Shown one piece after another: positions 1-9,183 of a stretch of 41,730 nucleotides of DNA (position 1 is the stretch's first letter; every line of letters begins with the position of its first letter). The stretch is from contig CAIUCY010000169.1 in the NCBI GenBank assembly GCA_903897765.1, positions 1 through 41,730 of the forward strand. The letters run 5' to 3'. This DNA comes from an uncultured Candidatus Marinamargulisbacteria bacterium. GTDB taxonomy: Bacteria > Margulisbacteria > Riflemargulisbacteria > GWF2-35-9. The notes under the pieces were generated by a model. The model was not told the DNA's origin, did not search any database, and saw only the letters and a program-made list of their open reading frames with translations. A program made the translations under genes and the position numbers.

Positions 1-600
1 ATTGGAATGTTGAAGGCTATGGAGAATTACGACCCCGACTATAATGCCGAGTTTGCGACGTACGCTATGCCCATGATCGTCGGAGAAATTAAACATTATT
101 TTCGTGATTATGCACGCCTGGTGAAATTGCCCCGTCGTTTGCATGAATTGAATTCTCAGATAAAAAAAGTTGTTTTTGAATGGCATCAACGCGAAGGAAA
201 ATCCCCCACGATCGCTGAAATAGCGGGGGTTGTCGATGCGTCGGAGGATGAGGTCGTTGAGGCAATGGAAGCGGGCGAAGTGACCCGAGCGCTTAGTTTG
301 GACGCGCCCTCGTTTGTGTCAGAACGAAGTGGTGAAGTGGTCACCAACGGGAAAGCATCCCTCATCGATTCGTTGGGTGTCGATCATGTTGAGAATAAAA
401 TGCTCGATCGCGAAGCTATGAAATTTGCGATCGCCAATGTGTTGAATCGACGGGAGCAACGGATCATTTATATGCGCTACTATGACAATTTATCCCAACA
501 AGAGATCGCCCAATACCTAGACCTCAGCCAAATGCATGTTTCGCGACTTCTGACCCATGCGATCAATAAACTCCGAAAGTATATCCTTAAAGAGAATTAA
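1..600 (+). CDS. RNA polymerase sigma factor, SigB/SigF/SigG-type (sigma-70 family group 3), 5' end outside the window
   Basis: Frame 1 is open from nt 1 (IGMLKAMENYDP...). Region 2 is visible as YAMPMIVGEIKHYFRDY. The region 4.2 HTH is visible as LSQQEIAQYLDLSQMHVSRLL. Confidence 0.85.
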   Translation: MGMLKAMENYDPDYNAEFATYAMPMIVGEIKHYFRDYARLVKLPRRLHELNSQIKKVVFEWHQREGKSPTIAEIAGVVDASEDEVVEAMEAGEVTRALSLDAPSFVSERSGEVVTNGKASLIDSLGVDHVENKMLDREAMKFAIANVLNRREQRIIYMRYYDNLSQQEIAQYLDLSQMHVSRLLTHAINKLRKYILKEN

Positions 601-1535
601 GTCACTTCTACGAGGACCATCGTAATATCATCACCAAGGACAGTTTGTCCGGCATAATCCTTGACCTCGTCGATAACTTTTTGGAAAAAATTCTCACCCG
701 ATAGCCATAAGTTGTTGCGAACGATCTCGGTTAATCGTTGAGAGCCGAGCAATTCATCCTGCGCGTTTTTAGCTTCAGATAGTCCATCGGTGTAAAGAAA
801 TATTTTGTCGCCTTTTTCGAGTTGTATGGTTTTCTCCTCGTATTCTGGGCTAGCAAACATCCCCAAAAAAACACCCTCTGTTTCAAGGGGAAGTATTGAA
901 CCCGACTTTCGAAACAATAGGGGGGGGGTATGACCCGCTTTGGAATATGTGAATGTACTGGTTCGGGCATCGATCTCTCCAGCGAAAGCTGTCACAAAGT
1001 TGATCGCGCTTCCTTCGGTATAGTCCAGAAGTCGTTGGTTGGCTTCTTGCATCATGGCGCGGGGGCCGATTTGTTTTGTGAAAAGTTCCTCTAAAGTGCT
1101 TTTGGCCAAGATCATGACCAACGCAGAGGCGACCCCATGTCCAGAGACATCACCTATTGCTACGTGCAACAATTCTTCCTTGGTGCTTTGGAGCCGAATA
1201 ATGCCGGTGCGATCGGAGGCTTGGTCATGGATAAGATGATCGATCTTTTTGCCGAGTATAAAAAAATCGCCCCCTATTTTTTCAGCGGGTTGGCAGAAGC
1301 CAGAGAGTTGAACGTTTCGATGTTGAATTCGATTTGAGGTTAAAAGGCCAGATTGGATGCGCCGAGCCATATCCAGGTCACGAGCATTTTTTAGTTCAGT
1401 CCGATGCGCGGCTTTCTTGATAGCTTCAGCCGTGTCGAGAAGTTGATTATTTGTTCCCTTTTCTTTTTGCCAGAACCAAGCTAATACACTACATCCTACA
1501 ATAAGAATGATGACAAGACTGCTCAAAATGATCAT
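597..1535 (-). CDS. Membrane-anchored PP2C-family serine phosphatase (SpoIIE/RsbU-like)
   Basis: N-terminal TM helix (IILSSLVIILIVGCSVLAWFW). PP2C/SpoIIE motifs present: GGDFF, GDVSGHGVASALVM, LYTDGLSEA, GDDITMV. Convergent with the sigma factor gene, 4-nt overlap. Confidence 0.85.
   Translation of the reverse strand: MIILSSLVIILIVGCSVLAWFWQKEKGTNNQLLDTAEAIKKAAHRTELKNARDLDMARRIQSGLLTSNRIQHRNVQLSGFCQPAEKIGGDFFILGKKIDHLIHDQASDRTGIIRLQSTKEELLHVAIGDVSGHGVASALVMILAKSTLEELFTKQIGPRAMMQEANQRLLDYTEGSAINFVTAFAGEIDARTSTFTYSKAGHTPPLLFRKSGSILPLETEGVFLGMFASPEYEEKTIQLEKGDKIFLYTDGLSEAKNAQDELLGSQRLTEIVRNNLWLSGENFFQKVIDEVKDYAGQTVLGDDITMVLVEVT
920..928 (+). repeat. G9 homopolymer inside the PP2C phosphatase gene (C9 on the coding strand)
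   Basis: Counted directly. It encodes the Pro-Pro of GHTPPLLF and is currently in frame. Confidence 0.9.
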
Positions 1536-1598
1536 GAAAACCCCTCTAGAGCCATCTTATCATGAGAGGATTTGATAATCCTAGACGAATGCGATTTA

Positions 1599-2015
1599 AT
1601 GATGAACATGAAACGTGGGTTTATATTGATCGAGATTATGATCGTGCTGCTTCTGGTGATGGTTTTGTTCCCCGCGATCTATGGGTTTGTTTTTCGTGAA
1701 GTGAACAAAGAAACCCATCAAATGGTTGATTCGGATGAAGGTCAACAGATCCTATTTGTCCAAAACACACTCGAAAGATTGAAGAGGGAAGCATCGCATA
1801 TCAGCGTCGAACCAGATCGACTTGTTTTTACATCGAGTCGAGATGTGACCACTGTTTGGCTGAAGAATAAACAGATCGCTCATGACAATGGTGTTCTGCG
1901 TTACTTGACCATGACGCCAGTGGAGGTGCGGAGCTTTCTTATAACAGCCGAGTCAAGCGAACGGGTGCGTTTGAGTGTTCAGACGCAGCGAAAACAATAT
2001 GAGTGGAGTCTTTAA
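1599..2015 (+). CDS. Prepilin-type N-terminal cleavage/methylation domain protein (pseudopilin-like)
   Basis: N-terminus MMNMKRG/FILIEIMIVLLLV matches the short leader-G/F-x-L-I-E class III signal. The ORF track starts at a TTG (1572); I prefer the first ATG, but the start is uncertain. Confidence 0.6.
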   Translation: MMNMKRGFILIEIMIVLLLVMVLFPAIYGFVFREVNKETHQMVDSDEGQQILFVQNTLERLKREASHISVEPDRLVFTSSRDVTTVWLKNKQIAHDNGVLRYLTMTPVEVRSFLITAESSERVRLSVQTQRKQYEWSL

Positions 2016-2137
2016 AGGGTCACGTTTCTACTGATTTTTTAGCTCGACTATTTTGTCACTAAAAACAGTGCTCCTTACTCTGGTGACTATGTCAGCAGGT
2101 AATACTGTCAGTTGGCCTGCTATGGCATTATGAAACC

Positions 2138-2166
2138 TTGACTTAACTTCGGATTTATATTATAAA
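2138..2166 (+). promoter_or_regulatory. Putative promoter of the AAA+ ATPase gene (would give a leaderless or near-leaderless mRNA)
   Basis: TTGACT (2138-2143), 17-nt spacer, TATAAA (2161-2166). The ATG is at 2175 and there is no Shine-Dalgarno sequence. Confidence 0.45.
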
Positions 2167-2174
2167 TACGAAGT

Positions 2175-3347
2175 ATGGTTCATAGAATATTGAATATGGA
2201 TAGTTTGAAGGGGGGCGGATCAGCCTTTCTCTTTGGCCCACGCGGTGTGGGCAAAACCTATCTATGCCGAGACTATATTCAACAGTTCCCACTCGTCCAT
2301 AAAGTTGAGCTTTTAAATTATGAAGTTTATTCTCGTTATCTGCGCCAACCCGATCTATTTCGGAAAGAAATTGAAAATAAGCTCGTCGAGGAGAAACCTT
2401 TACTTGTCTTAATTGATGAAGTCCAGAAGCTCCCCTCGTTGCTAGATGAGGTGCATTATTTAATCGAGACATATAAAAACAAAGTAAATTTTATTTTGAC
2501 GGGCTCGAGTGCTCGAAAGTTGAAAAGGGGGGGGGCGAATTTATTGGCGGGACGAGCTTGGTCGCTGAAACTTCATCCTCTTACGCATCGAGAAGTGAAG
2601 ATCGATCTTGAGAAAGCGCTCGTGCATGGGACACTACCTGCGATTTATCTTGATGATAAATTTCCCGCTAGAACCTTAAAGGCCTACGTTGAGACGTATT
2701 TAAAAGAAGAAATATTTCAAGAGGCTTTGGTTCGTCGGGTTGAAGGGTTTTCTCGTTTCATCGAAATCGCGGGACAGATGAATAGTGAGCCCGTAAATTT
2801 TACGAAAATTGCCAGAGGATGTGGCGTGAGCGACCACACCGTTCAAGAGTATTATTCTATATTGCTGGATACCTTGTTGGTATTCCGATTGGATCCTTGG
2901 CATCATTCGGTTCGAAAGCAAATCGCACAAGCACCTAAGTTTTATTTCTTCGATTGTGGCGTTCTAAATGCTATACGACGAGAGTTGAATGTTGAGCTGA
3001 ATGTCCAGTCGTATCGCTATGGGAAATTATTTGAGACCTTTATCGTGCAAGAATTAATTCGCCTCAATGATTACCTTGAAACGGATTATCAGTTCCATTA
3101 TTGGCGAACAAACACAGGGCTTGAGGTGGATGTCGTTTTATCGCGGGGTGCTAAAGAACCGGTGATTGCTATTGAAATAAAATCAAATCATTCGCCTATG
3201 GAACAGGATTTGTCCGCTTTGAGGTCTTTTAAATCAGAGAATGAAAACGCAATCTTGGTTTGTTTTAGCAACACGCCGGAGGCCTATTCTTTAGGTGATA
3301 TCATGATTTACCCTTGGCAAGAAGGGATCAAATCCGTTTTAGGCTAG
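2175..3347 (+). CDS. AAA+ ATPase with DUF4143-like C-terminal region (COG1373-type ATP-binding protein)
   Basis: Walker A FGPRGVGKT and Walker B LLVLIDEVQ. Length and C-terminal pattern (FYFFDCGV, YWRT..G.EVD) are typical of the AAA_14/DUF4143 family. Confidence 0.75.
   Translation: MVHRILNMDSLKGGGSAFLFGPRGVGKTYLCRDYIQQFPLVHKVELLNYEVYSRYLRQPDLFRKEIENKLVEEKPLLVLIDEVQKLPSLLDEVHYLIETYKNKVNFILTGSSARKLKRGGANLLAGRAWSLKLHPLTHREVKIDLEKALVHGTLPAIYLDDKFPARTLKAYVETYLKEEIFQEALVRRVEGFSRFIEIAGQMNSEPVNFTKIARGCGVSDHTVQEYYSILLDTLLVFRLDPWHHSVRKQIAQAPKFYFFDCGVLNAIRRELNVELNVQSYRYGKLFETFIVQELIRLNDYLETDYQFHYWRTNTGLEVDVVLSRGAKEPVIAIEIKSNHSPMEQDLSALRSFKSENENAILVCFSNTPEAYSLGDIMIYPWQEGIKSVLG
2527..2535 (+). repeat. 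G9 homopolymer inside the AAA+ ATPase gene
   Basis: Counted directly (aaa agg ggg ggg gcg = KRGGA). Currently in frame. Confidence 0.9.
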
Positions 3348-4617
3348 CATTCATCTCTCGTACGCGTCTAAAAATTTTGACTTGTTGGGATCGAGGGAAG
3401 GTTGAAGGGTTCAGCGCAAAGGCTGACGAGCGGCACATGATCCACGGTTCGTTGTTATAAAGCGGCGTACCCGGAGGGGGATAGAATACAGACGGAGCAA
3501 CAAGGACATCATATTCGTAGAGAAAGGTTAGTGTTTCTTCAATGTCGGTGGCGGTTTGATCCGGAAGACCCAGAATAAAATACACGGTGACATCAAAGCC
3601 GATCGATTTTGCCTCCGTCACAACTCGATCAAAGATCGTATTGTTGGTGCCTCGATGGAGCCGTTCTTGCTCAGACTCTTGGGCGGTTACAAGGGAGAGA
3701 TTCAGATTCCGAAACCCTGCTTGCCACATGAGTTTTAGTAGGGGCTGATCGAGGGTTTCGAGAGCGAGGCCATTCATAGCATACAGTCGAATGTCCTTAA
3801 ACTTTGCGATGATGGCTGTCAGTAAAGCCACAAACCACGCTCGATTGAGGCTTAAATTGTCATCTTCAAAATCAAACACACGTACATTATGTGTGTCATA
3901 CAGTGTTCTCATTTCTGCCATAATACTCTCGATAGTACGCCAACGCATCGATCGACCATACATCGTTGAAACCGTACAAAACGTACAGGCTTTAACGCAG
4001 CCTCTGCTTGCCACAAGGGCGGACATGTTCTGGCGATGCATCTGATAAAGAGTGGGGGTTATCAGGTGATGATCCGGGATGAAAATCTCAAAAGAAAAGG
4101 ACGAGTCTTTTCCCCCCAACATATTTAACAGGGCAGCTTCACCTTCACCCGAGATAATATCGACAAAGGGTAGACCCTGCTTGATCGCTTTGCCAAAAAC
4201 GGTTGCATGATAACCGCCAAGGACGATCTTGGTCGAAGGGAAGGCTTTGTTTATTTTATGGCACAAGGTTTCAACGGTATCGAAATAAGTAGTGAAATTG
4301 GCCGAGATCCCGATGATTGCAGGATCGAATGCTTTGATTCGTTGGAGAATAGCCTCATCGGATAACCCAAAACGATAATAGTGTCCAAAAAGTTTGGACG
4401 GACCGCGTTCGTTCGGGTCGTAGTAGGCTTTCAAATAGTCGAAGGCTTTGGGGTAAGCCAATGTTCGCCGTGTGAGGGGATTCAAACAGTCAAGTATAGA
4501 GACCTCGATGCCCGCTGCCTCAAGTGCCGAAGCCAGATAGATCAAGTTGAGCGGGTACGTCCGAATAGGCGTAATATAAAAATCCTCAATAGGGGGTTGA
4601 ATGAGAAGGACACGCAT
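3328..4617 (-). CDS. B12-binding domain radical SAM protein (class B)
   Basis: The N-terminus (RVLLIQPP...NLIYLASALEAAGIEVSILD) resembles a B12-binding fold. The radical SAM cluster motif is CVKACTFC (CxxxCxxC). The substrate cannot be inferred. Confidence 0.8.
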   Translation of the reverse strand: MRVLLIQPPIEDFYITPIRTYPLNLIYLASALEAAGIEVSILDCLNPLTRRTLAYPKAFDYLKAYYDPNERGPSKLFGHYYRFGLSDEAILQRIKAFDPAIIGISANFTTYFDTVETLCHKINKAFPSTKIVLGGYHATVFGKAIKQGLPFVDIISGEGEAALLNMLGGKDSSFSFEIFIPDHHLITPTLYQMHRQNMSALVASRGCVKACTFCTVSTMYGRSMRWRTIESIMAEMRTLYDTHNVRVFDFEDDNLSLNRAWFVALLTAIIAKFKDIRLYAMNGLALETLDQPLLKLMWQAGFRNLNLSLVTAQESEQERLHRGTNNTIFDRVVTEAKSIGFDVTVYFILGLPDQTATDIEETLTFLYEYDVLVAPSVFYPPPGTPLYNNEPWIMCRSSAFALNPSTFPRSQQVKIFRRVREMNASLKRI

Positions 4618-4746
4618 AGGAGTATTTTAGGTGGGATTTTAGAGGATGTCGAATAGTTGGCAATAGATCCTGTGCAATGGTCTGCGTTTGCGTACGATAA
4701 ATTAATAGTAAGGAGGTACTTGAGATTAAAGTCTCTTTGAATATTA

Positions 4747-6315
4747 ATGATGGTAAATATGCTTAAAATGAAACTAGTTGCATTGAGTCATCCAAGGAAT
4801 GGCTCTTTATATATACAGAATAGGATCAAAACAATGCCTTTTTCAGGAATACCACAAGGGACGTTGTGCCTTTCTGAAGAACATATGATCCTCCTCTTGC
4901 CATTATTGAAATTTGCCATCGATTCGGTTAGTGGCTTGTTCTTCATTGATAGGGGTGCATACCCACAAAAGCATGCCTTGGAACAACTATGTGGTGTCTT
5001 GAAACTTGATAATATTTCGACCTATTCATATAAAGTCGGACAAGGAACGACATTGAGTTTATCTCCAGAGAATGAATTATCACAAACGATTCGACATTTT
5101 ATTGTACAAACAAAAAAAATCATGTCCGAAGGTGAAATTAGCAAAATAGATGCGTTATGTTTGCTTATCGAACAACAAAGGATCCCATTCCTAGAGGATA
5201 TTATGAAGGTGGTCGCTGAATCAAAACTTGAAGACATTAACACAATATTTGGAAGGATAATTCATTCACAAAGAAATAAAGAAAAGTTTGCAGTCTCGAT
5301 CCAACCCTATACATTTTGTATAAAAAGATCTGCCTTTAGCGATAGACTATATCAGCATTTAAGGGAGTTTTTTCCATCGATGGAATTAAATACTGAGAAT
5401 CTATCTGAATTTAGCAACTGTTTCCATCAATTCATTCGTGATTATGTTACTCAACAAGCTAATAGTTTTGAATTTCAAAATAGGGATGAAATTCGAGAAT
5501 TGATCCAGACATTGGGGGTCGATTTAGGAAATATTGTTTATGTTGATGAGAATATCGGTACAGGGAATACCTATGCCAAGGCACTGTTGTTTCATAAACT
5601 CATGAGTACAGGTGACTTTTGGTATATGACAGTCACGGGGAATAAGATAGGAAAAGTTCCATCAAACTATATTGTTTTGAGTAAGGAAATTAACGTTGCT
5701 GAAGATGTGCCTGAAATGTTTGATTGCTATTATGAGGGCTTTCAGCGGATAACGTATAAAGAAGCCTTGGCTCATCGTCTTTCTCTTTCCGGATTATGGC
5801 ATTCTGAACAGTCCTATAATCTGTTGTGCGAACAACTCGATCGTTTGCCTCAGGAAAAATTGCGGCCTATCTTTCAGACGGTTGACAGGCACTTAACCCT
5901 CCGAAAAATGCAGTTTTCGGATTTGATTGCTCGGGAAATAATCCTCTATTGTATTAATCCCACACCCATAAATTCTTTAATGATCCTCTCTATTGGGCAC
6001 AATTACCTGCTAAATTTTCTTAGACCATTCAATGAGGATAAAGCGTTTGCTGAGTTAAGACAATATTACGCTCCTGCCGCTTTGTTTCATGAGGTGAAAA
6101 TATTTGAGCATCTTCTCAAAGAGCACAAACATTTTCTTGAGAAAATTGAATCGTCTTCAGAAATAATAAGAAACATGCGTCCATCAATTTTAACTTTTTT
6201 GAAAGATTCAAATCTTGGTTCCCCAGTATTGAGCCAATCTCAAGGATATGTTGATATTTTAAACGAATTTTATCGTCAGATCGATTCGAAAAGTATTTTG
6301 TATGATGGGTTTTGA
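4747..6315 (+). CDS. Hypothetical protein (522 aa), no recognisable domain
   Basis: Long uninterrupted ORF in a visibly AT-rich stretch. No motif recognised. Start uncertain (alternative Met at about 4834). Confidence 0.6.
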   Translation: MMVNMLKMKLVALSHPRNGSLYIQNRIKTMPFSGIPQGTLCLSEEHMILLLPLLKFAIDSVSGLFFIDRGAYPQKHALEQLCGVLKLDNISTYSYKVGQGTTLSLSPENELSQTIRHFIVQTKKIMSEGEISKIDALCLLIEQQRIPFLEDIMKVVAESKLEDINTIFGRIIHSQRNKEKFAVSIQPYTFCIKRSAFSDRLYQHLREFFPSMELNTENLSEFSNCFHQFIRDYVTQQANSFEFQNRDEIRELIQTLGVDLGNIVYVDENIGTGNTYAKALLFHKLMSTGDFWYMTVTGNKIGKVPSNYIVLSKEINVAEDVPEMFDCYYEGFQRITYKEALAHRLSLSGLWHSEQSYNLLCEQLDRLPQEKLRPIFQTVDRHLTLRKMQFSDLIAREIILYCINPTPINSLMILSIGHNYLLNFLRPFNEDKAFAELRQYYAPAALFHEVKIFEHLLKEHKHFLEKIESSSEIIRNMRPSILTFLKDSNLGSPVLSQSQGYVDILNEFYRQIDSKSILYDGF

Positions 6316-6330
6316 ATAATACTAAGCGAA

Positions 6331-7224
6331 CTAACCCAAGCGCTCTATGCCCAGATAAGCTTGATTGGCTCTTGCATCTGCGAAAGCGTAATTTTGAGGA
6401 ACGGGTCGAATCGTCGCCACTTTTTCCCCGTCATTGGCTTGTTGGAGAAGGTTTTCCATGGTGGAGTAAGCACTGCGGAGCTCTGGGCTTTGGACGGAGG
6501 CTTTTTGATTCGTTTCAATATTAGCGGCTAGTTCGGCGAGGTATTCCATGAAACCAACCTCGAAACCCTCGCGTCCACTACGAGCCTCGTTCAGTTTTGA
6601 GGCAGCGTACTCGCTTGGGAATTGTGACTGTCGACCGGACGCCACGGCCTTGACGTATTGCTGATAAAGCCTCTCCATCTGTTGGCCGTAAGCACTGGTT
6701 CTATTTTCGCTCCACGCAGGGAAGAGCTTTTGGATCGTGAAGGCGTGAAAACTCTCGTGAGCGATAGTGTGAGCAGTCTGTTCGCCCCTCATATCGGCTC
6801 GAACATCATCTTTATCCAGATTAATGTGTCCTGGGTTAGAGGGCTGATACCACCCAAGTTTGCCACCAATGCCATCAGAAGGTATCACGTTGCATCCAAT
6901 AACAGAACTACGCTGATCCTTCGGAAGCTGATCCAATACCTTCAAGGCTGAAGCTTGATCGGTATTATTTGATGATTTTGGGGCGATGGGAGGTGCAAAT
7001 AATGGGGAGGTGTTCTGTTCTGGCTCAATCAAAACCCCTTGGGGCATGATAATGATAGTAAAGGGTTGGCCATAGTTGCCATATTTTTCGAGCAGATCGC
7101 GTATCAGCGTCAATATCTGTATCGCTTCGATCATTCTGCTTAATTCACGGTTCTGACTGGGGGTGAGATCGTTCGCAGGATTAATGGGTGGATATCCGAT
7201 TGATGGTCCTATTGCTGGTGGCAT
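6331..7224 (-). CDS. Hypothetical protein with HEXXH zincin motif (putative metallopeptidase)
   Basis: HTIAHESFHAF is encoded at 6745-6759 (minus strand). No signal peptide or TM helix seen. Pro-rich polar N-terminus. Confidence 0.6.
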   Translation of the reverse strand: MPPAIGPSIGYPPINPANDLTPSQNRELSRMIEAIQILTLIRDLLEKYGNYGQPFTIIIMPQGVLIEPEQNTSPLFAPPIAPKSSNNTDQASALKVLDQLPKDQRSSVIGCNVIPSDGIGGKLGWYQPSNPGHINLDKDDVRADMRGEQTAHTIAHESFHAFTIQKLFPAWSENRTSAYGQQMERLYQQYVKAVASGRQSQFPSEYAASKLNEARSGREGFEVGFMEYLAELAANIETNQKASVQSPELRSAYSTMENLLQQANDGEKVATIRPVPQNYAFADARANQAYLGIERLG

Positions 7225-7394
7225 AAATTCCCTCCCGTTTTGAACGATTTGTTTTGGAGTACATAAATATATCGTACAAAAAAATGCAATGATTCACTTT
7301 TTTTGTGTTTCGCAAAAATTGATGAAATTTTCTGAAAACCTGAACGAAAGATTATTATTGATGGAATTTTTTTAACTAAGATAGAGGTGGTAAA

Positions 7395-7823
7395 GTGAGA
7401 TATAAGCTCATTTCAGATAATACTCCGAGAAGACGAGGTCTCGAGCGTTTATTGTTTCGATGGAAACATACAACTGTAGATGAAACGGTACGTCAATGTA
7501 AGAATGAGTTTGGTGTTGAGTTTAGTAAGAGATTTATTAAGTCGCTAAAAGGCTTTTCATATGAACTGTTTACTCATGTTGACTTTGTATTGTTTGCAAA
7601 AAGAAGCAGAGACCCCATTCATTTTATTTATAGTCTACCGTCCCTATATCCTGATAAAACTCAAGAGTTGAGAATATTTGGAAAGATTGACCGAAAATTT
7701 GGCGTTTTTCGTTTATTGGGTAAACCCGATAATCAAGACGAGTCCGATTTATATACTGTTAAGAAAGAAAGAAATTCAGCTCTTTATTTATTTAATCTGA
7801 TCCGAAGACAGCACAAGAAATGA
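7395..7823 (+). CDS. Hypothetical basic protein (142 aa)
   Basis: GTG start preceded by GAGGTGG. AT-rich. No recognisable domain. Confidence 0.5.
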   Translation: MRYKLISDNTPRRRGLERLLFRWKHTTVDETVRQCKNEFGVEFSKRFIKSLKGFSYELFTHVDFVLFAKRSRDPIHFIYSLPSLYPDKTQELRIFGKIDRKFGVFRLLGKPDNQDESDLYTVKKERNSALYLFNLIRRQHKK

Positions 7824-7851
7824 TTTTATTTTAAGACCTATTAAAGAAATA

Positions 7852-8757
7852 TTACGTCGGTTGATTCAACGGAAACCCCAGCTCCTCGCGCTTAGCGAGA
7901 TAGAGTGCCGCGCATTTTTTGGCCAGATGGCGAATGCGAGCAATATAATGGGTGCGCTCGGTGACGCTAATGGCGCCGCGGGCATCAAGCAGATTGAAGG
8001 TATGCGAACACTTTAAACAATAGTCGTAACCGGGTAAAACAAGATCCTTTTCAAGGCAATTTTTAGACTCATTCTCATACAACCCAAAGAGTTGTTGAAG
8101 CATGTCGACATTAGCCACCTCAAAATTATAGGTGCTTTGTTCTTTTTCGTTTTGCATATAAATATCACCATAACGTATATCCCCGACCCATTTGACATCA
8201 AAGACCGAATCGACGCCTTGAATGAACATGGCGAGTCGTTCTATACCATAGGTGATCTCAACCGAGATCGGGCTGAGGTCAAGGCCGCCACATTGCTGAA
8301 AATAGGTGAATTGGGTGACTTCCATTCCATCGAGCCAAACTTCCCAACCCACACCTGCTGCACCCAGTGTAGGGGATTCCCAGTTGTCCTCGACAAAACG
8401 TAAGTCATGATCGGCCACTTTAACACCAATAGCCTCAAGGCTCTGGCGATAAAGCTCCTGCACATTAAGCGGAGAGGGCTTTAATATCACCTGAAATTGA
8501 AAATAATGCTGGAGTCGATTAGGATTCTCGCCATATCGACCATCGGTAGGTCGTCGAGAGGGTTCAACATAGGCCACATTAAAGGGTTCGGGGCCAAGGA
8601 CACGGAGGAAGGTTGCGGGGTTCATCGTGCCAGCACCCTTTTCGATATCGTAAGGTTGCTGGATAATGCAGTTTTGCTTAGCCCAGAAGTTTTGCAGCGT
8701 GAGAATGATGTCTTGGAAGGTTTGGTCGTTATTCATCATGCCGGCATTATGCCACAT
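7852..8757 (-). CDS. glyQ: Glycine--tRNA ligase alpha subunit
   Basis: Strong full-length resemblance to GlyQ ([53 protein letters not shown]). The true start may be the Met-Met at 8739. Confidence 0.95.
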   Translation of the reverse strand: MWHNAGMMNNDQTFQDIILTLQNFWAKQNCIIQQPYDIEKGAGTMNPATFLRVLGPEPFNVAYVEPSRRPTDGRYGENPNRLQHYFQFQVILKPSPLNVQELYRQSLEAIGVKVADHDLRFVEDNWESPTLGAAGVGWEVWLDGMEVTQFTYFQQCGGLDLSPISVEITYGIERLAMFIQGVDSVFDVKWVGDIRYGDIYMQNEKEQSTYNFEVANVDMLQQLFGLYENESKNCLEKDLVLPGYDYCLKCSHTFNLLDARGAISVTERTHYIARIRHLAKKCAALYLAKREELGFPLNQPT

Positions 8758-8794
8758 TTCCCCAAAAGCCGGCTAGTCCAATAGATATTGCGCA

Positions 8795-8803
8795 TGCTAT
8801 AAT
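8795..8803 (+). promoter_or_regulatory. Putative extended -10 promoter element of the rpsF-ssb-ssb-rpsR-rplI operon
   Basis: TGCTATAAT (TGn plus a perfect TATAAT), 55 nt upstream of the rpsF ATG. The -35 is weak. Confidence 0.5.
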
Positions 8804-8858
8804 CCGACTCGGTCTGTCAATGGCCTCACTATTTATTACACAATGTAAGGAGTTTTTT

Positions 8859-9179
8859 ATGAAATACGAATTGATCATTATCCTGAAACCAGAAAGCCAA
8901 GAGGAGAAGGTCGACGAGGTCGTCAAGCGTTACGAAACCTTCATCACCGAGAATAAAGCGGCTTTCGTGGGTGTCGAAAAATGGGGTCGTCGTCCGCTGA
9001 TGTCGGCGCTTCGTCGTGCCAATCACCAAGGTGAGGGTTATTATGTCCTCATTAATTTTGATGATGAGAATAAGATCATCGAGAAACTCAATTATAAACT
9101 CAAAATTGACGAAGATATTCTTCGGAGCATGGTTGCTCGCGCCGTAACGACCAAACGTTACGAGGAGAAAGAGTCCTAG
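8859..9179 (+). CDS. rpsF: 30S ribosomal protein S6
   Basis: MKYELIIILKP... N-terminus. AAGGAG sits 6 nt upstream of the ATG at 8859. rpsF-ssb-rpsR-rplI synteny. Confidence 0.9.
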   Translation: MKYELIIILKPESQEEKVDEVVKRYETFITENKAAFVGVEKWGRRPLMSALRRANHQGEGYYVLINFDDENKIIEKLNYKLKIDEDILRSMVARAVTTKRYEEKES

Positions 9180-9183
9180 CTCT

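Noticed and set aside
4710-4740. Strong AAGGAGG followed by a 6-codon TTG mini-ORF upstream of the 522-aa gene
   Set aside because: The SD-to-TTG spacing is only 3 nt and the mini-ORF has no features. It may be a stray SD or a regulatory leader, but I cannot support either.
8758-8858. T-box leader for glyQ, or the S6:S18-binding rpsF leader
   Set aside because: The shared divergent spacer is only about 100 nt, too short for a T-box, and I could not see a specifier or T-box sequence. I also could not confidently recognise the rpsF leader motif by eye.
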